This document shows positions 35,718-48,606 of a stretch of 64,000 nucleotides of DNA, piece by piece. Position 1 is the stretch's first letter, and every line of letters begins with the position of its first letter. Source of the stretch: Okamejei kenojei (Eukaryota). The stretch spans positions 25,668,001 through 25,732,000 of the forward strand of contig CM069147.1 in assembly GCA_035221665.1 (NCBI GenBank), written 5' to 3'. Under the pieces are notes generated by a model. That model had not been told where the DNA came from. It saw only the letters and a program-made list of their open reading frames with translations, and did not search any database. Made by a program: the position numbers and the translations under genes.

Positions 35718-36740
35718 CTCCCTACGTTTCTGAGTAGAATATCAACATTTTTCCGTCGTGTTGACGCCGAAATGCTTATTTTATGCATACTACATCAAAT
35801 AAAGCTGCCTTTCTGCTTTGCTGAGTAGAATATCAACTCAGTGCAATCCCGATTTTCCATTGAATAAAATAAAATGGACTGCACCCAAGACCAAAGTATA
35901 CATCAGTAAAGTAATATACCCGATCCAAGTTACTTGTAAACAGCTCGCGATAGGAAAATTGGGCAGGTGATAGGAGATGGCCCTAATACGGATGGGTGCT
36001 CACTGTTGTATGTGGACGAGTTTGTCTCAAGCCCTAACTCCATGATGCACGATGCTTTGTTTCTATGGAGATTATGATGCTGTCGGTCTGCGCGTTTCAT
36101 TGACTCGCAGAGCGGTGCAGCGTAGAAACAGACCTTTCGGCCTATATTGACATGCGGACCATCAAGAACTGATCCATCCTAATTTAGTTTTCTAGCACTC
36201 GTTTCGTGGTCTCTTATATCTTGGAAATTCCGGTGCTTGTAAGGACGCTTCATAAATGTTGCAAGAGTACATTACCCCACTCGTCCGGCAGTGTATTCCA
36301 GATGCCAAGCAATCTCTGTCGGAGTAAAGTCACCTTTGGATCCCCTCTAAACGCTAATCATTTTGCATGGGTCTTTTACTTTCGGGATGAAATCATAATT
36401 TAGTGGCCTACCTTTACAAAAATTGTTCAAAGACAAAGATCGCAGTTGTCAAACGCATGGACACCGAAACTTACTTGAACAAAACTTGGGCAATTAGTTG
36501 CAACCCATTTCGTCCCAAGTGTTGAAGGTGAAGGGTTCAGTTGGTTAGAAGTTTTAACGTAAAATCAGTGTTTCATGCATGTAAAATAGTACATCTCGCA
36601 CTTTCTCTGAGGGCTATTGCAGCTTTTTGTCAGAGTATGGACGAGCTGATAAGTAATTACACAATAACAAGACATCACTTTGAGCACTGACACTACGCCA
36701 TTCCATTCTGAATAGATAATATCTGCATCTCGCATTTGCT

Positions 36741-36857
36741 TTATTGGCGGTTTGTTGTCAGTGGCATTATCCGTACAATTGTTTGCTCTCTTTTCTTGTT
36801 TCCTGCCGTAAGGAGCGGAGCGTAGATCACTTTAGCATGCATCGGTTTCTGCTTGGT
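36741..36857 (-). CDS. Gene B: candidate terminal cytoplasmic exon with ITIM VIYAPL
   Basis: Acceptor cccctaattttcatctcgcag|, phase 0: TKQKPMHAKVIYAPLLTAGNKKREQTIVRIMPLTTNRQ-TAA; AATAAA overlaps the stop. Confidence 0.65.
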   Translation of the reverse strand, partial: TKQKPMHAKVIYAPLLTAGNKKREQTIVRIMPLTTNRQ

Positions 36858-37221
36858 CTGCGAGATGAAAATTAGGGGAAAGAATATTAATTCATGTTGT
36901 AAGTTGCTTTAAATCTCATGGAGACACGAAAGCATCGCAGGATCAGAAATTATTATAACAGGCTGCCGAGTAAAAGTAATAAAAATTAACGACAGATACT
37001 GGTTTATACCAAAGACAGATGCTGGTGTGAGTCAGCGGGTAAGGCAGCATCTCTGACGAAAATGCACAGGTGATTTTGGGGTCGGGACCCTTCTTTAGTC
37101 TGATTTTGTGTGTCTATGTGTGTGTGTCTGCGTGTGTGACTGTGTGTGTGTGTGTCTGCGTGTGTGTTTGTTTTTTTTTTTTGTGTTTTTTTGTGTGTGT
37201 GTGTTTTGTGAGTGTGTGAAT

Positions 37222-37619
37222 ATGGATTGTCACCTTGTCGTGGTGGAGAAGGTTGTGTGGTTTTGAGATCCTCGGAGCGATGCTGTCTGCAGCTATGCTG
37301 TTGGTAGGGCCACCCATGGCGGCAAGGTCGAGGGGGAGGTCCCTGATTGAAAGAGCAATCCAACCAAGACCTCAACGGTGGAACAGGCAGAGGATGATGG
37401 CTGAATTTAGTGGAGCGTCACAACGGCTGGTAAGGCGGATGAAGGCTGCAGCAGTGAAGGGTCTCCGGTCGTCTTGGACCCCATGCCACTGAAACCTCAC
37501 TCAGAATTGTCAAGAACCGTGTGGTGGCTGTCTGTGCACCAGTCTCCCCACGTTAAACAAAGTAACGCCAAAAGAGGACAGTCATAATCGTTTCGAGTGA
37601 CCGCCGATGATGATGATGA

Positions 37620-37621
<2 letters not shown>
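37222..37621 (+). mobile_element. Short RTE-derived non-autonomous retroelement flanked by (TG)n microsatellites
   Basis: 5' CACCTTGTCGTGGTGGAGAAGG resembles RTE/BovB 5' UTRs (recognised from memory); (GAT)n tail; no ORF. Confidence 0.55.
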
Positions 37622-37658
<37 letters not shown>

Positions 37659-38269
37659 TGGCTGGCGGGGGGTTTGGGGGGAGGCGAAATTGGAGGTTTC
37701 GTTTGTGCTGCCCAATGGTATGAACGTTGAACTCTCCAATTTTAGGTGACCTCGCTGCACCTCCCGCCCTACCCACCCCCGTCCTCTACAAAAAGCTGGT
37801 TAACTATTTCGGCAGTTCGCAAATATGCATCCCTCTTGGATTCACACCTGTCCCTGGCCAACAGTCAGCCCATCGTGGAACCACTTTACCTGAGGTCATT
37901 TGTTGTGGGCCCCAATTTTTCCTAATTTTGTTCGCTTCCAAATTTCCCCCTCTACTCCCCCTGCTGCATTCAATCTGAAGAAAGGTCCCGACCCGAAATG
38001 TTACCTACCCACTTTTTCCAGAGATGCAATCTGACCCGCTGAGTTTCTCTAGCATTTTGTGTCTAACTTTGCCATATAAATATTTTTGATACATTATGCG
38101 CAGGCGCAAGAATTTGACTTTTTTCCCTCCCATTTATATTTTCTATCAGGAGATGAAATATATACTAGATAAGTAAAGCCGTCACTCGTTCGGTTGGCAG
38201 TGGTAAATGCAGAGCTAAGGCCAATCATCACATTACACGACGGAGCATACCGAAAGGTGGCGGAATTCA

Positions 38270-38353
38270 CATGAAAAAAGGACAGATATATATATCATAT
38301 CATATATATATTATATATATATGATATATATATATATCTGTCCTTTTTTCATG
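38270..38353. repeat. AT-rich palindrome
   Basis: CATGAAAAAAGGACAGATATATATAT ... ATATATATCTGTCCTTTTTTCATG. Confidence 0.9.
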
Positions 38354-38402
38354 CACCGGCATTGCAATTTTCCTGGATTTGCTCTGATTTAGCGCAGGTT
38401 AG

Positions 38403-38650
38403 GGGGCGACAAGTTGGCGCAGCGTGAGAGTTGCTGCCTCGTAGCGCCGGAGACGGCCCCCCACACTCCAAAAGCGTACGGGTTTGTAGGTTAATTGGTT
38501 TGGTATCATTGTTAAAAAAAAAATCCTAGTTTGTGTAGGAAATAGTAGTTGTGCTGGAATGTTGTTCGCTGGTCGGCATGGACTCAGTGGGCCGAAGGGC
38601 CTGTTTCCGCATTGTATCTCTAAACCAAACTAAACTAAACTAAACTAAAA
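38403..38650 (+). mobile_element. tRNA-derived SINE, internally deleted
   Basis: Same head and 3' end as 24505-24826; (CTAAA)n tail. Confidence 0.75.
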
Positions 38651-38926
38651 CAAGACACAATCGGTTCACCTACTTATTGCATAGACTAGGAAAAGTATAC
38701 ATCTTCTAAACAATGGTACATTGATTCTTGCGCAGAACGAAACTATCAGGCTTTGAAATGGTTTCGAGGGCCCATTACATGAATAGTTCCAATGCCAGTA
38801 ACCTATAGGCACGATCTCTATCACTTCTGCTCTTCCAACAGTACCCAAGAAAGCAAGTTAGATCTGATCAGCTAAATAACTCGCAGTGTGGAGATAGCGG
38901 GGAAGGTTTCCTAACCCTCAAATTAC

Positions 38927-38961
38927 CTTTATTTTCCTCGAAAACGTCCAATTTGCTTTAT
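38927..38961 (-). CDS. Gene B: candidate cytoplasmic exon 1
   Basis: tttgtaaattctaag|...aag|gtaatt, 35 nt, phase 1 to 0, (D)KANWTFSRKIK. Same phase logic and donor as gene A exon 2102-2145, but a weak AAG acceptor. Confidence 0.45.
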
Positions 38962-40420
38962 CTTAGAATTTACAAACGTAAATAAACAAATTGCAGCCAA
39001 CTGATGGAACAGAAGTAATCGAGTATCCGATTTTTCATTTCATTTCATATCAAAATTCAACTACTGTTTCCAAGTTGTTGTCAGGCTATGCTACAGCGGC
39101 ATTGTCCTGTCATCTTCTGGGGGGATGCTGCAAGTATATATATATAACTCTTACTTCAAATTTACAAAGCGTTATTTGAACTACAACTAAAAACGTCGTC
39201 TGTTTCTATGCGCTAACTTAAAGAAAGGAACAGTGTTACACGACACAGTTCAGTGAAGGTCCCCTGAGATGACTGCGGGTGCCTTGTGGTTTCGCTTTAC
39301 GCGGGAATAGAGCGCAGCTTGATCCTGTACGGATTGGACATCCTACTACTGACTTCGTGGCTTGGCAGGGTACATACTGGGCATGCAATGCGTGCCAGGC
39401 AAACATGGCAAATATGCATCCGTGGTAGGCATTCATGATTTTGCTCTGGAGGTAAGAGCATTCAATAGACCTTAGGCATTTTGTTGACAGCAGGTACAAT
39501 TTTTTAGAAGTGATTTTCAATATATCAGCTTGGCAAGATGGGTTTTCATCTAGCATTCGTGTTAACGGACAAAACACTTTGAACGGCTGGTACGTAGAGG
39601 TATTGGTAGCAGTAACCCTGCTAACCAAATTCTGTTGTATGGAAGGCAAAGGCAGATATTTCAACGTAACTTCTTTCATGGGGATGTAAATGTGAAATGT
39701 TTCTTCAGATTACTCTAATGGTAATTTAATACATCGCAGACTTGCGATGGTTCTTTTTAAGATAATGCTGCATTTTTGTTCAATCGGCTCTACTGCTAAT
39801 TTTGTATAATATATTATATTTCAAAACTAATTCCATGGATTTTGAGTACATACCATTAATATCAGATATTCCTCCTTCTTTTGGGTACGTGGTAAATTAA
39901 TAATATTAATTAGTTATCAAGTTACAAAAATTGCATTTTGTCACCCGATAAAAAGCGGTTCACAAGCGGTACATTGGTGGTTAATATAGATCGATGGAGT
40001 CGATCATCTGCAAAGACATGGCTATATCCCGCATCGATATTAATATGCTGATATCGTCAGTCATTTAATTCTAGGTAGTGTTTTTTCGGGAATACATAAT
40101 TGGACGAGATCTTCAGTTCTGAGGGGAACAGCACGTGACAGTAAGGTATTAGTGTACTTAAAAATGTGCGGAATAGCGAATATGAATGCTTTCATGAAAG
40201 GCAATTACTTTTCCTAGATGGAATATGAAGGATACACATTGTAACATAAAACATTAATACAGAGCACAGGAACTGGTCCCTCGGCCCACAATATGTTTGC
40301 CGAACATGATGATAAGATAGAATAAGGTATATTCCCCAAGAATAGAGAGTTCATGTGCCTCACGGTCTGGAGCTTTAGCCCCCTGAACAAAATGCTTAGT
40401 TGTTTTAAATTATTTTTTAC

Positions 40421-40519
40421 CTTTATTTTTTCTTGCAATATAACGTATTGCAATGCCAAGAGGCAGTAGTAAAGTTACTAAACCGCATATTATCCTGACG
40501 CAATTGATGATTGTAGTAC
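40421..40519 (-). CDS. Gene B: transmembrane exon containing an arginine
   Basis: gcttttcaatcttacag|...aaag|gtaaaa, 99 nt, phase 1-1: (G)[32 protein letters not shown]. Confidence 0.7.
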
Positions 40520-41464
40520 CTGTAAGATTGAAAAGCATAGGATACATATAAAAATCGAAGCTCCTGAATTCGGAAAATCACTCTCCGTTGAATCTGATGT
40601 AATACATTGTAAGCCCAGAAATTCTACAAATATATTCAACGTTTGGGCAAAGCAAACAGTAAAAAGTGTCAAATTTGAATTTTCCGAAGGCGAATCTGGC
40701 TAAAATGTAAATGGATCTGCCTAATTGTCGAAATAACTTTAATAAAATTGCTGGAGTTGGAGGGAAGGCTGTCAAAGGTTACAGCGGATTTTATCTCACT
40801 GTCTAATTTCCCTTTTCCCCTTTATGTACCCCCGAAATGTCTTCATATTTTCCTTAATATTATCTGCTATAATTACCCCCTTGCCTCTTCTTGCCCGTTT
40901 AATTTGCTTTTTAACTATGCTCCTCTATCCGCTAAATTCCTTCAGGGATACATTTTCGTCCCAACAGCCTATAACTGGCCCACACCCCCTTTGTTCCTGA
41001 CCAAAGACTCAAATTTGCACGTCATCTGGTCTTCCTTACTCCCATTTGTCTTACCCATTACTTTAACATGATCATGTATGCTTGCGACATTCGCCATTGC
41101 ACTTTGAAGAGCAGTCCACTTACTTGAAGCCGCTTTGGCCGCAAATAACCTGCTCGACTGAAGATTGTGCTATAAAAGGATACATAGTGCTGTATTAACT
41201 CAGCTGATCAATCAGCATCTCTGAAGAACATTGATAGGTGATGTTGCTGGTCGGAACTCTTCTTCAGATGGTTGTGTCAGCTCCAAGCCTCCACCAAACG
41301 TTTGTAAATTCCTGTCGAATACCATCTAAGTTGGCCTTGCACGGCTTAGAACTTCAACCTTGTGGACCAGCCCTGTGCGTATTCAAAATTATTTTCAAGC
41401 AAATAGAACTGCAGATACTGGTCCCTAAATGGTCACCCACCAACATTTATGGAATAAAATAGTT

Positions 41465-42252
41465 ATTCACTATGGAAACAGGCTCTTCGGTCTAACTTGC
41501 CCACGTGGACCAACTATGCTCCATCATGACGCATGACGCATGACGTTCTAAACCTATCCTATCCATGTGCCGGTCCAGATATCATTTGCACGTTGTTATT
41601 TCACCTGGCTCAACTACCTCCTTTGGCAGCTCCTTCCATATACTCACCACGATTTGTCTAAAACAGTTGCCCTAAAAGATTCCTATTAAATCTTTCCACC
41701 CTCCCATAAACGTTTGCCCTCTGTTTTATGATTCCCCTACACTGAGCAAAATACTGTGCGTTTGCCCTATCCGCTCATCTCTTGCGAGGAACTTCTATAA
41801 GATCACCCCTCACCATTCTGTAGCACAAGGGATAAAGTCTTAGCCTGCTCAATCTCTCCCTATACCTCAGGCCCTCGATTCCTGGCAACAGCGTCGTAAA
41901 TCTTCTCTGCACCCTTTACAGCTTAACAACATATTTCCTGTAACAGGGTGGTCAAAACTGAATACAATACTCCAAATGTTGCCTCGCCAATGCCCCGTAC
42001 AACTGTAACACGACCTCCTAATTTCTATATTAAATATTTTTAATGATGAAAGCCGATGTGCCGAACGCCTTCTTGCTCACCCTATCCACCTGTGAAAACG
42101 CTCTCAAGAAAGTATGTACCTGTATTCCTAGATCCCTCTGCTCCCCATCACTCCGTAGAGCCCAGCCTTACGCTGTCTGGGTCCTCACACTGTTTGACCT
42201 TAGAAAATGCAACACCTCTCACTTACTGGTATTTAACCCCATTAACAATTCC
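41465..42252 (-). mobile_element. Decayed CR1 3' fragment
   Basis: Similar to 28320-29105. Confidence 0.8.
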
Positions 42253-42310
42253 CCATTAACCATTTTCAATCTTTGTCTTCCTCCTAATAGGGCATACACG
42301 TATTGACAAA

Positions 42311-42627
42311 CCCCCTGTGCCACGGTACGAGTTCATTTCAAGCGTTCTTCCGAGTTTGCCCTGATTAGAACTCTGAGATTTACGGTAATGGCCACTCGTC
42401 GGTACTAGGGGCTCTCGTGGACATTTTTCATCATGTTGAAAAATCTTCACAGTCTTTCCGTGCTTACCTGCCGTAAGCGAGGCTCCCCGAGTACCTGCAG
42501 TTAGCGCGAAGAGACGTCCCCGAGCTCCGACGTATCCGCTATGTTCATTCTCCGTGCTTACCACGAGTTTGATTTTTATAAAACTCGGGAGAGTTCTTGG
42601 AATGAACTCGTACCGTGGGGCAGGGCT
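42311..42627. mobile_element. TIR-bounded MITE (Harbinger-like termini)
   Basis: CCCTGTGCCACGGTACGAGTTCATT ... AATGAACTCGTACCGTGGGGCAGGG. Confidence 0.8.
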
Positions 42628-45600
42628 AGAAAAAGGATGTTGTCCTGAACATATATGACAAATTCCAACTGATCAACGTCCATGACACTGGCACTTTGGC
42701 ACTCGCAGTCTAAACAGGGAAAGGTCCAGAATGATTACAGACTATGTGTAGAAATGGAAAATGCAGTTTAATCTGAGCAAGTGTGTTCTGTTACGCTTTG
42801 CAAAACTTTCCACAGCACTGATGAATTGTTGGATCTTGGACATAGGACATAGTTCCTTAAGAATGGTAACACAAATTGATAGCATGGTAAATGATGAATT
42901 TGGCATACTTCCTTTCATCGGTTGTGGCACTGAGTTCAAGAACCATGTGCTGAGTGGGAGCCATGTTGCAGCTTTAAATAACTTTGAATAGTCCGCGTGT
43001 GGAATGTTGTCTGCCGTTTAGATTGCCTCATTACGGCAAGAATGTGGAGACTTTCTAAAACAAGATTTACTAAAACAACATTTAAAAGACATTTGGACAG
43101 GTACATATTTCGGAAAGGGTTAGAAGGATGAGATATGAACGCAGGCAGGTGGAACCTGTGTAGATGGGGCATCTAGGTCAGCATGGGCAAGTTGGACAGC
43201 ATAACCTCTCCGCGTGCCCAATTACTACCTGAATGCTGGCTGCATGAGAGGATATTGACCATCAAGACAGCTTGGCCAACCTTGTATTTTTTTCTGGGGC
43301 TTCGGAGGTTGTGGGCAGATAGACATTTTCTAGAATTAGAGGGACATAGTCAGGATAGATAATCAAAATCCTTTTCCTGTGGTTAAAATTTTCTAGAATT
43401 AGAGATGTGCGGGTGAAGTTATTTTTATGCAGAAAATGGTACGCTCCTGGAAAACGTTGCCAGGTGGTGGTGGTGTTGGAAGCAGAAGCGAATTTTGGTT
43501 TTAAGAGTCTTTTGTACAGGCACTGATATGCAGAGTGTGGAAGGAAATAGATCACCAATAGAAAGAGGAAATTATTTTTGCTTGCATCTTGTGCGGGACG
43601 AAACGTCTAATCTTGTGGTGTACCGTTCTGTATTATATGTTAAACAAGTAAAACAGGTTTTGAAGGCGTCATGTTATGAAACTATCATTATAAGCGAGAT
43701 ATAAGCGATACTTTTCAAGAACGATAGCGTTAAAAAACGAACCGGAGTGTTCTCTTATTCCTTGGTAAAATGAAAGTTCCATGTTAGAGATAATATTTAG
43801 TGGATACTTCTGATTATTGAGGAGACAACAAACCGGCGGTCCGAGTCACAAATTATTTCGCTGTAAAATTCAAGAATGTCAATGAGAATATTTTTAGTGT
43901 GTTAGTTTATTTCAAGGTGTAAATTATTGGCAAAATTCCTGATTTGTAAGGAGTTATGTCATGTTCAGGAAATGCGAGCCAGCATTTCAGCTCCCTGTCC
44001 TTTCGGCAAGGAGCGGATATTAGCTCATGTATCCATCTTAGTCATCTGCGCGGACTCATCTGGCAGTAGAGACAGAGTGGCAGCCCCCATCAGTCTGACG
44101 AAGGGTTTCGGCCCGAAACGTTGCCTATCTCCTTCGCTCCATAGATGCTGCTTCACCCGCTGAGTTTCTCCAGCATTTTGTGTACCATCGATTTCCAGCA
44201 TCTGCAGTTCCTTCTTCAACACGAGTGGCAGAGCGAGATATGTTAGTCGGATAACGGGATCACATTATTTTGTTTAGAATCAAACAATTCACCCGTGCGG
44301 TGGCGGGGAACTGTTTGTGTGTTTGTTATGGGAGATCTGTTATCCTACATAAACTAATAGGAATATAAAGAAGGACAGTAAAAGCTTCTTTGTATACGTT
44401 AAGGGAATAATAGTAGCAAAGTCAAATGTGGGTTCCTTGAAGGCAGACACGGGTGAAATTATTATGGGAAACAAGGAAATGGCAGAAGAGTTGAAACAGG
44501 TACTTCGGATCTGTCGGATTTCATGCGCTTCACCAAACAGTCTGATATCCCGTAACGTTGCCATTTCCTTCCACCCTGAAATAACACGTCGGCCCCCAAC
44601 TCTCAGTGGTTCATACTTACAGGGTTCAGCGCGGTAGGCCAAACCGTAAATATAGTTTCAATTTGACAGGTCATATATTACGATAGATTTAAAACCTCCC
44701 CAAATTCAATATCTTAACTTCCAGACGAATGTAATCCCGATCCATGACCAGCCCTAAGCCTAAAGAAATTGACTCTATCGAAAAGGTTGGCCCCAACCAC
44801 TGGACCAAATAATTGCCTTAAATTGCCCAAAGATTCAAGTAGCAACGTCGCGGATGGATTACGCGCATTATGGCTCAGAATGCTTTCCTGGACACCATTT
44901 TGTCTTTCCTACTAAAATTTTCCAAATTTATATTACTCTACATGAACTCTCCAACTACTAACACAGGATTAATCATAAATCATTCGGATTTGCCTACATC
45001 AATCGGAAAACACCAGATAATAAATGTAATAATAGGGCTGATAAATGTGCAGTTTATCATCAAAGTGATCGTTAGAGCATACAATTCAACAGCACAGGAA
45101 TGGGCCCTTCGGGCCAAAATATATGCGCTATAAATGCCACGTCAATCCGAACACATCTTCCTGTACATGATCCAACTTCCTCTATTGCTAAACTTCCAGT
45201 TATCCTCATCATCACTGGCAAAACACCCCATGTCCCTACTACTCCCGAGGATTGAGAAATGTTACGATCTCCCTTTTCCACTATATCTTTAGCCAAGTAT
45301 TCCACGGATCTGTCCTCCTAATCCTATCTTCATTCGCAAGTGGTACTATAACAAATCTGGATTTAACTTCAGGGGTCCTGCTCCTTAAACTTTGATTATC
45401 CACAGTCAGTTGCACACCCACGCTTTCCGATTGTGCCACTACTTTGGCCATAGCGTACTAAACGCCCTTTTCCCCAAAGCGATCAATATTGGTCACATGA
45501 TGAAGTCAGGAAACAAGCTATCCATACTGTCGTAAACACCGCGGATGCTACACTGCGAATCCATCCTAAATACCAGATGCGTAAGAACGTCAGACAGGAG

Positions 45601-45961
45601 CTGAACTTTAATGCATTTCCTGAAGAAATGGCCGCGAGCGACATTAAACTTGTTGCTGATCTCCGACAAAGCGCGGATAAACATTGCACATGCCCATCTC
45701 TCCTGATACGTATTATACTTAAATTGACTGAATACTCTAAACGGAATAAGCAAGTCGGTTAAGGGCTTTATCTGCTCCAACTACAACTTAATTCAATCTG
45801 AAATCCACGCTATTGATTTCAACAATATAATGAAGACAGCAAGGTAGAAATACCATACTTTTGCAACTTAGCAATCATCCTCTCCATCAAAGCCACTTCG
45901 CTCCCCAAACACGACGATCTGAATCCGCTACAATCGAACATTCTAATGGTTTCTACGTTAC

Positions 45962-46267
45962 CTGTTTTGGAATCCGGAACATGAAACGTTGCAGTCAGTG
46001 GAGTAGGAAGAGTGAGGTGCGCCACTTGGCAAGTATACACCGACCCGCCCTGGAGTGTCCTTGTTTCCTTTAAATGACTGGAAACATAATACAATCCATT
46101 CATTGTCAGTTTTACCGTTGTATCTATGTCCTCGAAAATCTCAATACCATTTCGGTACCAAGTAAGGCTTAATGACTCCGGGTAAAATTCATCCGTTTTA
46201 CACAAGAGATTCAATGTGCTTGAGTTTTGATCAGGCAGTTTGGAGATTCTGAGCTGAGCTGGCGGAA
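45962..46267 (-). CDS. Gene B: Ig C1-set domain exon (SIRP-like receptor)
   Basis: ttacatttgcag|...acag|gtaacg, 306 nt, phase 1-1. LLCKTDEFYPESLSLTWYRNG ... GLYYVSSHL ... YTCQVAH are C1 hallmarks (C-x4-FYP, W, YxCxVxH). Confidence 0.93.
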
Positions 46268-46436
46268 CTGCAAATGTAAAGCAGAAAATGTATTTGTGAT
46301 CCGGAAAACAACTACACGATCATAACTATTTTGTACAATAATGGTCGACGACCTCATAATTGCAAGATTATAGAAACGTTCAAGAGGTTAGCATAATTTC
46401 GGCTGTTTTTTTCGGATATCAACAACATAAATCGTA

Positions 46437-47004
46437 GGTCGACAAAAATGCTGGAGAGAAACTCAACGGGTGAGGCAGCATCTATGCAGCGAAGGAATAG
46501 GTGACGTTTCGGGTCGAGACCCTTCTTCAGACTGATGTGGGGGTGGGGGGAGGGCGGGGGCGGGAAAGAAGAAATGAAGAGGCGGATATAGAGGCTGTGG
46601 GAGAGATGGGAAGGTGAGGGGAAGGAGGGAGAAAGCAAGGAATACCTGAAATTGGAGAAGTCAACGTTCATACCGATGGGTGTAAACTACCCAAGCGAAA
46701 TATGAGATGCTTATCCTCCAATTTGCGGTGGGACTCGCTCTGGCCATGGAGGGGGCCCAGACAGAAAGGTAGGATTCGGAGTGGGAGGGGGAGTTGCAGT
46801 GCTGATCAGGTTAGTTAATGCGAACTGAGTGGAGGTGGAGGGCGAAGCGATCGCCAAGCCTGCGATTGGCCTCACCGATGTAAAGCAGTTGACACCTGGA
46901 ACAGCGGATACAATAGATGAAGTTGGAAAGAGGTGCAGGTGAACCTCTGCCTCACCTCGAAATACTGCTTTGGTCCTCGGATGGAGCTGGTGGGGTGGGT
47001 TGGT

Positions 47005-47040
<36 letters not shown>

Positions 47041-47722
47041 AGGTAAAGCGACAAGTGTAGCATGTCCTGCAGTTTCAAGGGAGAGTTCCAGGGGAGAGGG
47101 TAGTTTGGGTGGGAAGGGACGAATTGACCAGGGCATTATGGAGGGAGCGGTGGCTGCTGCGGAAAGCCAAAAGCGGAGAAGATGGGAAGATGTGTCCAGT
47201 GGTGGGATCCCATAGGAGGTGGCGAAAATGTCAGAGGATTATCTGTTGCGCGTGGCTCGTAGGGTGGAAGGTGAGGACAAGGGGGACTGTCCTTGTTATG
47301 AGTGGGGGGATGGAGAATGAGAGCGGAGCTACGGAATATGGAGGAGACCCTGGTGAGAGCCTCACCTATAGTCGAAGACGGGAACCCCCGTTTCCTAAAG
47401 AATGAGGACATCTCCGATGCCCTGGTTTGGAACACCTCATCCTGGGTTCAGATGCGGCGTAGACGGATGAATAGGGAGTAGGGGATAGAGTCCTTACAGA
47501 AAGCAGGGTGGGAAGAAGTGTAGTCCGGATAGCATGGGAGTCAGTGGGTTTGTAGTGGATGTCGGTCAGTAGTCTGTTGCCTGCGATGGAGATAATGAGG
47601 TCTAGAAACGGCAGGGAGATGTCGGAAATTGTCTAGGTGAAATTGGGTGCCGGATGGAAGTTGCGGGTGAAATGGATGAAGTCAGTGAGTTCTGCATGGG
47701 TGCAGGTGGTAGCACAAATGTA
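46437..47722 (-). mobile_element. Penelope-like element remnant (RT C-terminus, GIY-YIG, terminal region)
   Basis: FFRKRGFPSSTI, FEVRQRFTCTS and LLYIGE-like motifs; terminal segment matches the short GACCCGAAACGTC repeats found across the window. Confidence 0.8.
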
Positions 47723-48606
47723 GTCCTCATCAGCCGTGCAATCTGATTCTGTACACGTCCTTTAAAAAAATAAAAGCCTTAATGAGCAACTTGACAGCAA
47801 GCATCTGAGAAGAATGAAAACTTTATTTTGCGCTTCCAATCGTTGCCCATTGTTTCGAATAGTGTGAATAGCTACCTCTGTTGATTTATTTTTCGCCAAA
47901 AATGGTCAGTTTATCTTTAACTTAATTCGCAATTTTACGGATTTGCTCTGTTTTTCAAATCCCAGACTGAGCGCCCTATATGACTTAGTTTTTTTGAAGT
48001 AAGAACAAATTAATTGGTAAATAGAAAAACACATAGGAATATCAGGTGTAAACCATTTATGTTTACTGGGGGGAGTGGAGGAGACGTTAGACACCGCTAC
48101 GGCAATTTGATACCGCGTTGAATGTTTTAAAAAATCCAGCTAGGGGAGAAGGCCGGCAGGGCGGGTCCATGATGAGGGGGAATGTTGGAGACTGGAGAAG
48201 TGACCGTAACAGGGCGACGGTTATGCCGCACAGGCAGTTGGAAATAAAATGGTCCAAAGAAATGCTTCCCAACTATTACATCCACAGTTTTGTCCTGCCC
48301 CTCCTCTCTTCCAGCTTTATACCTCCCACCCAGTGCAGATATTAGATCGCATTGATCGGCCTCGCAAAGTACTGCTCAAGATAGTAACTGTGTTGGGATC
48401 TGTGTTTCGGTGAAATTTGAGCAGCGTCCTCATATTAACAGCAAACAAACCAACCAATTAGACAGTTGTCCTGGGATCTTAAGACATAATATGACATAGA
48501 ACATGGGTAACTTCGAATGACAAACCTTGCCACATTGCTTTCCAGAATGATAATATTGAACAATAATAGAATAATAACTCTATATTGATTTTACTGTTAC
48601 ACATAC

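Noticed and set aside
39236-39679. 147-aa minus-strand ORF in a gene B intron
   Set aside because: No recognisable domain or compatible splice sites.
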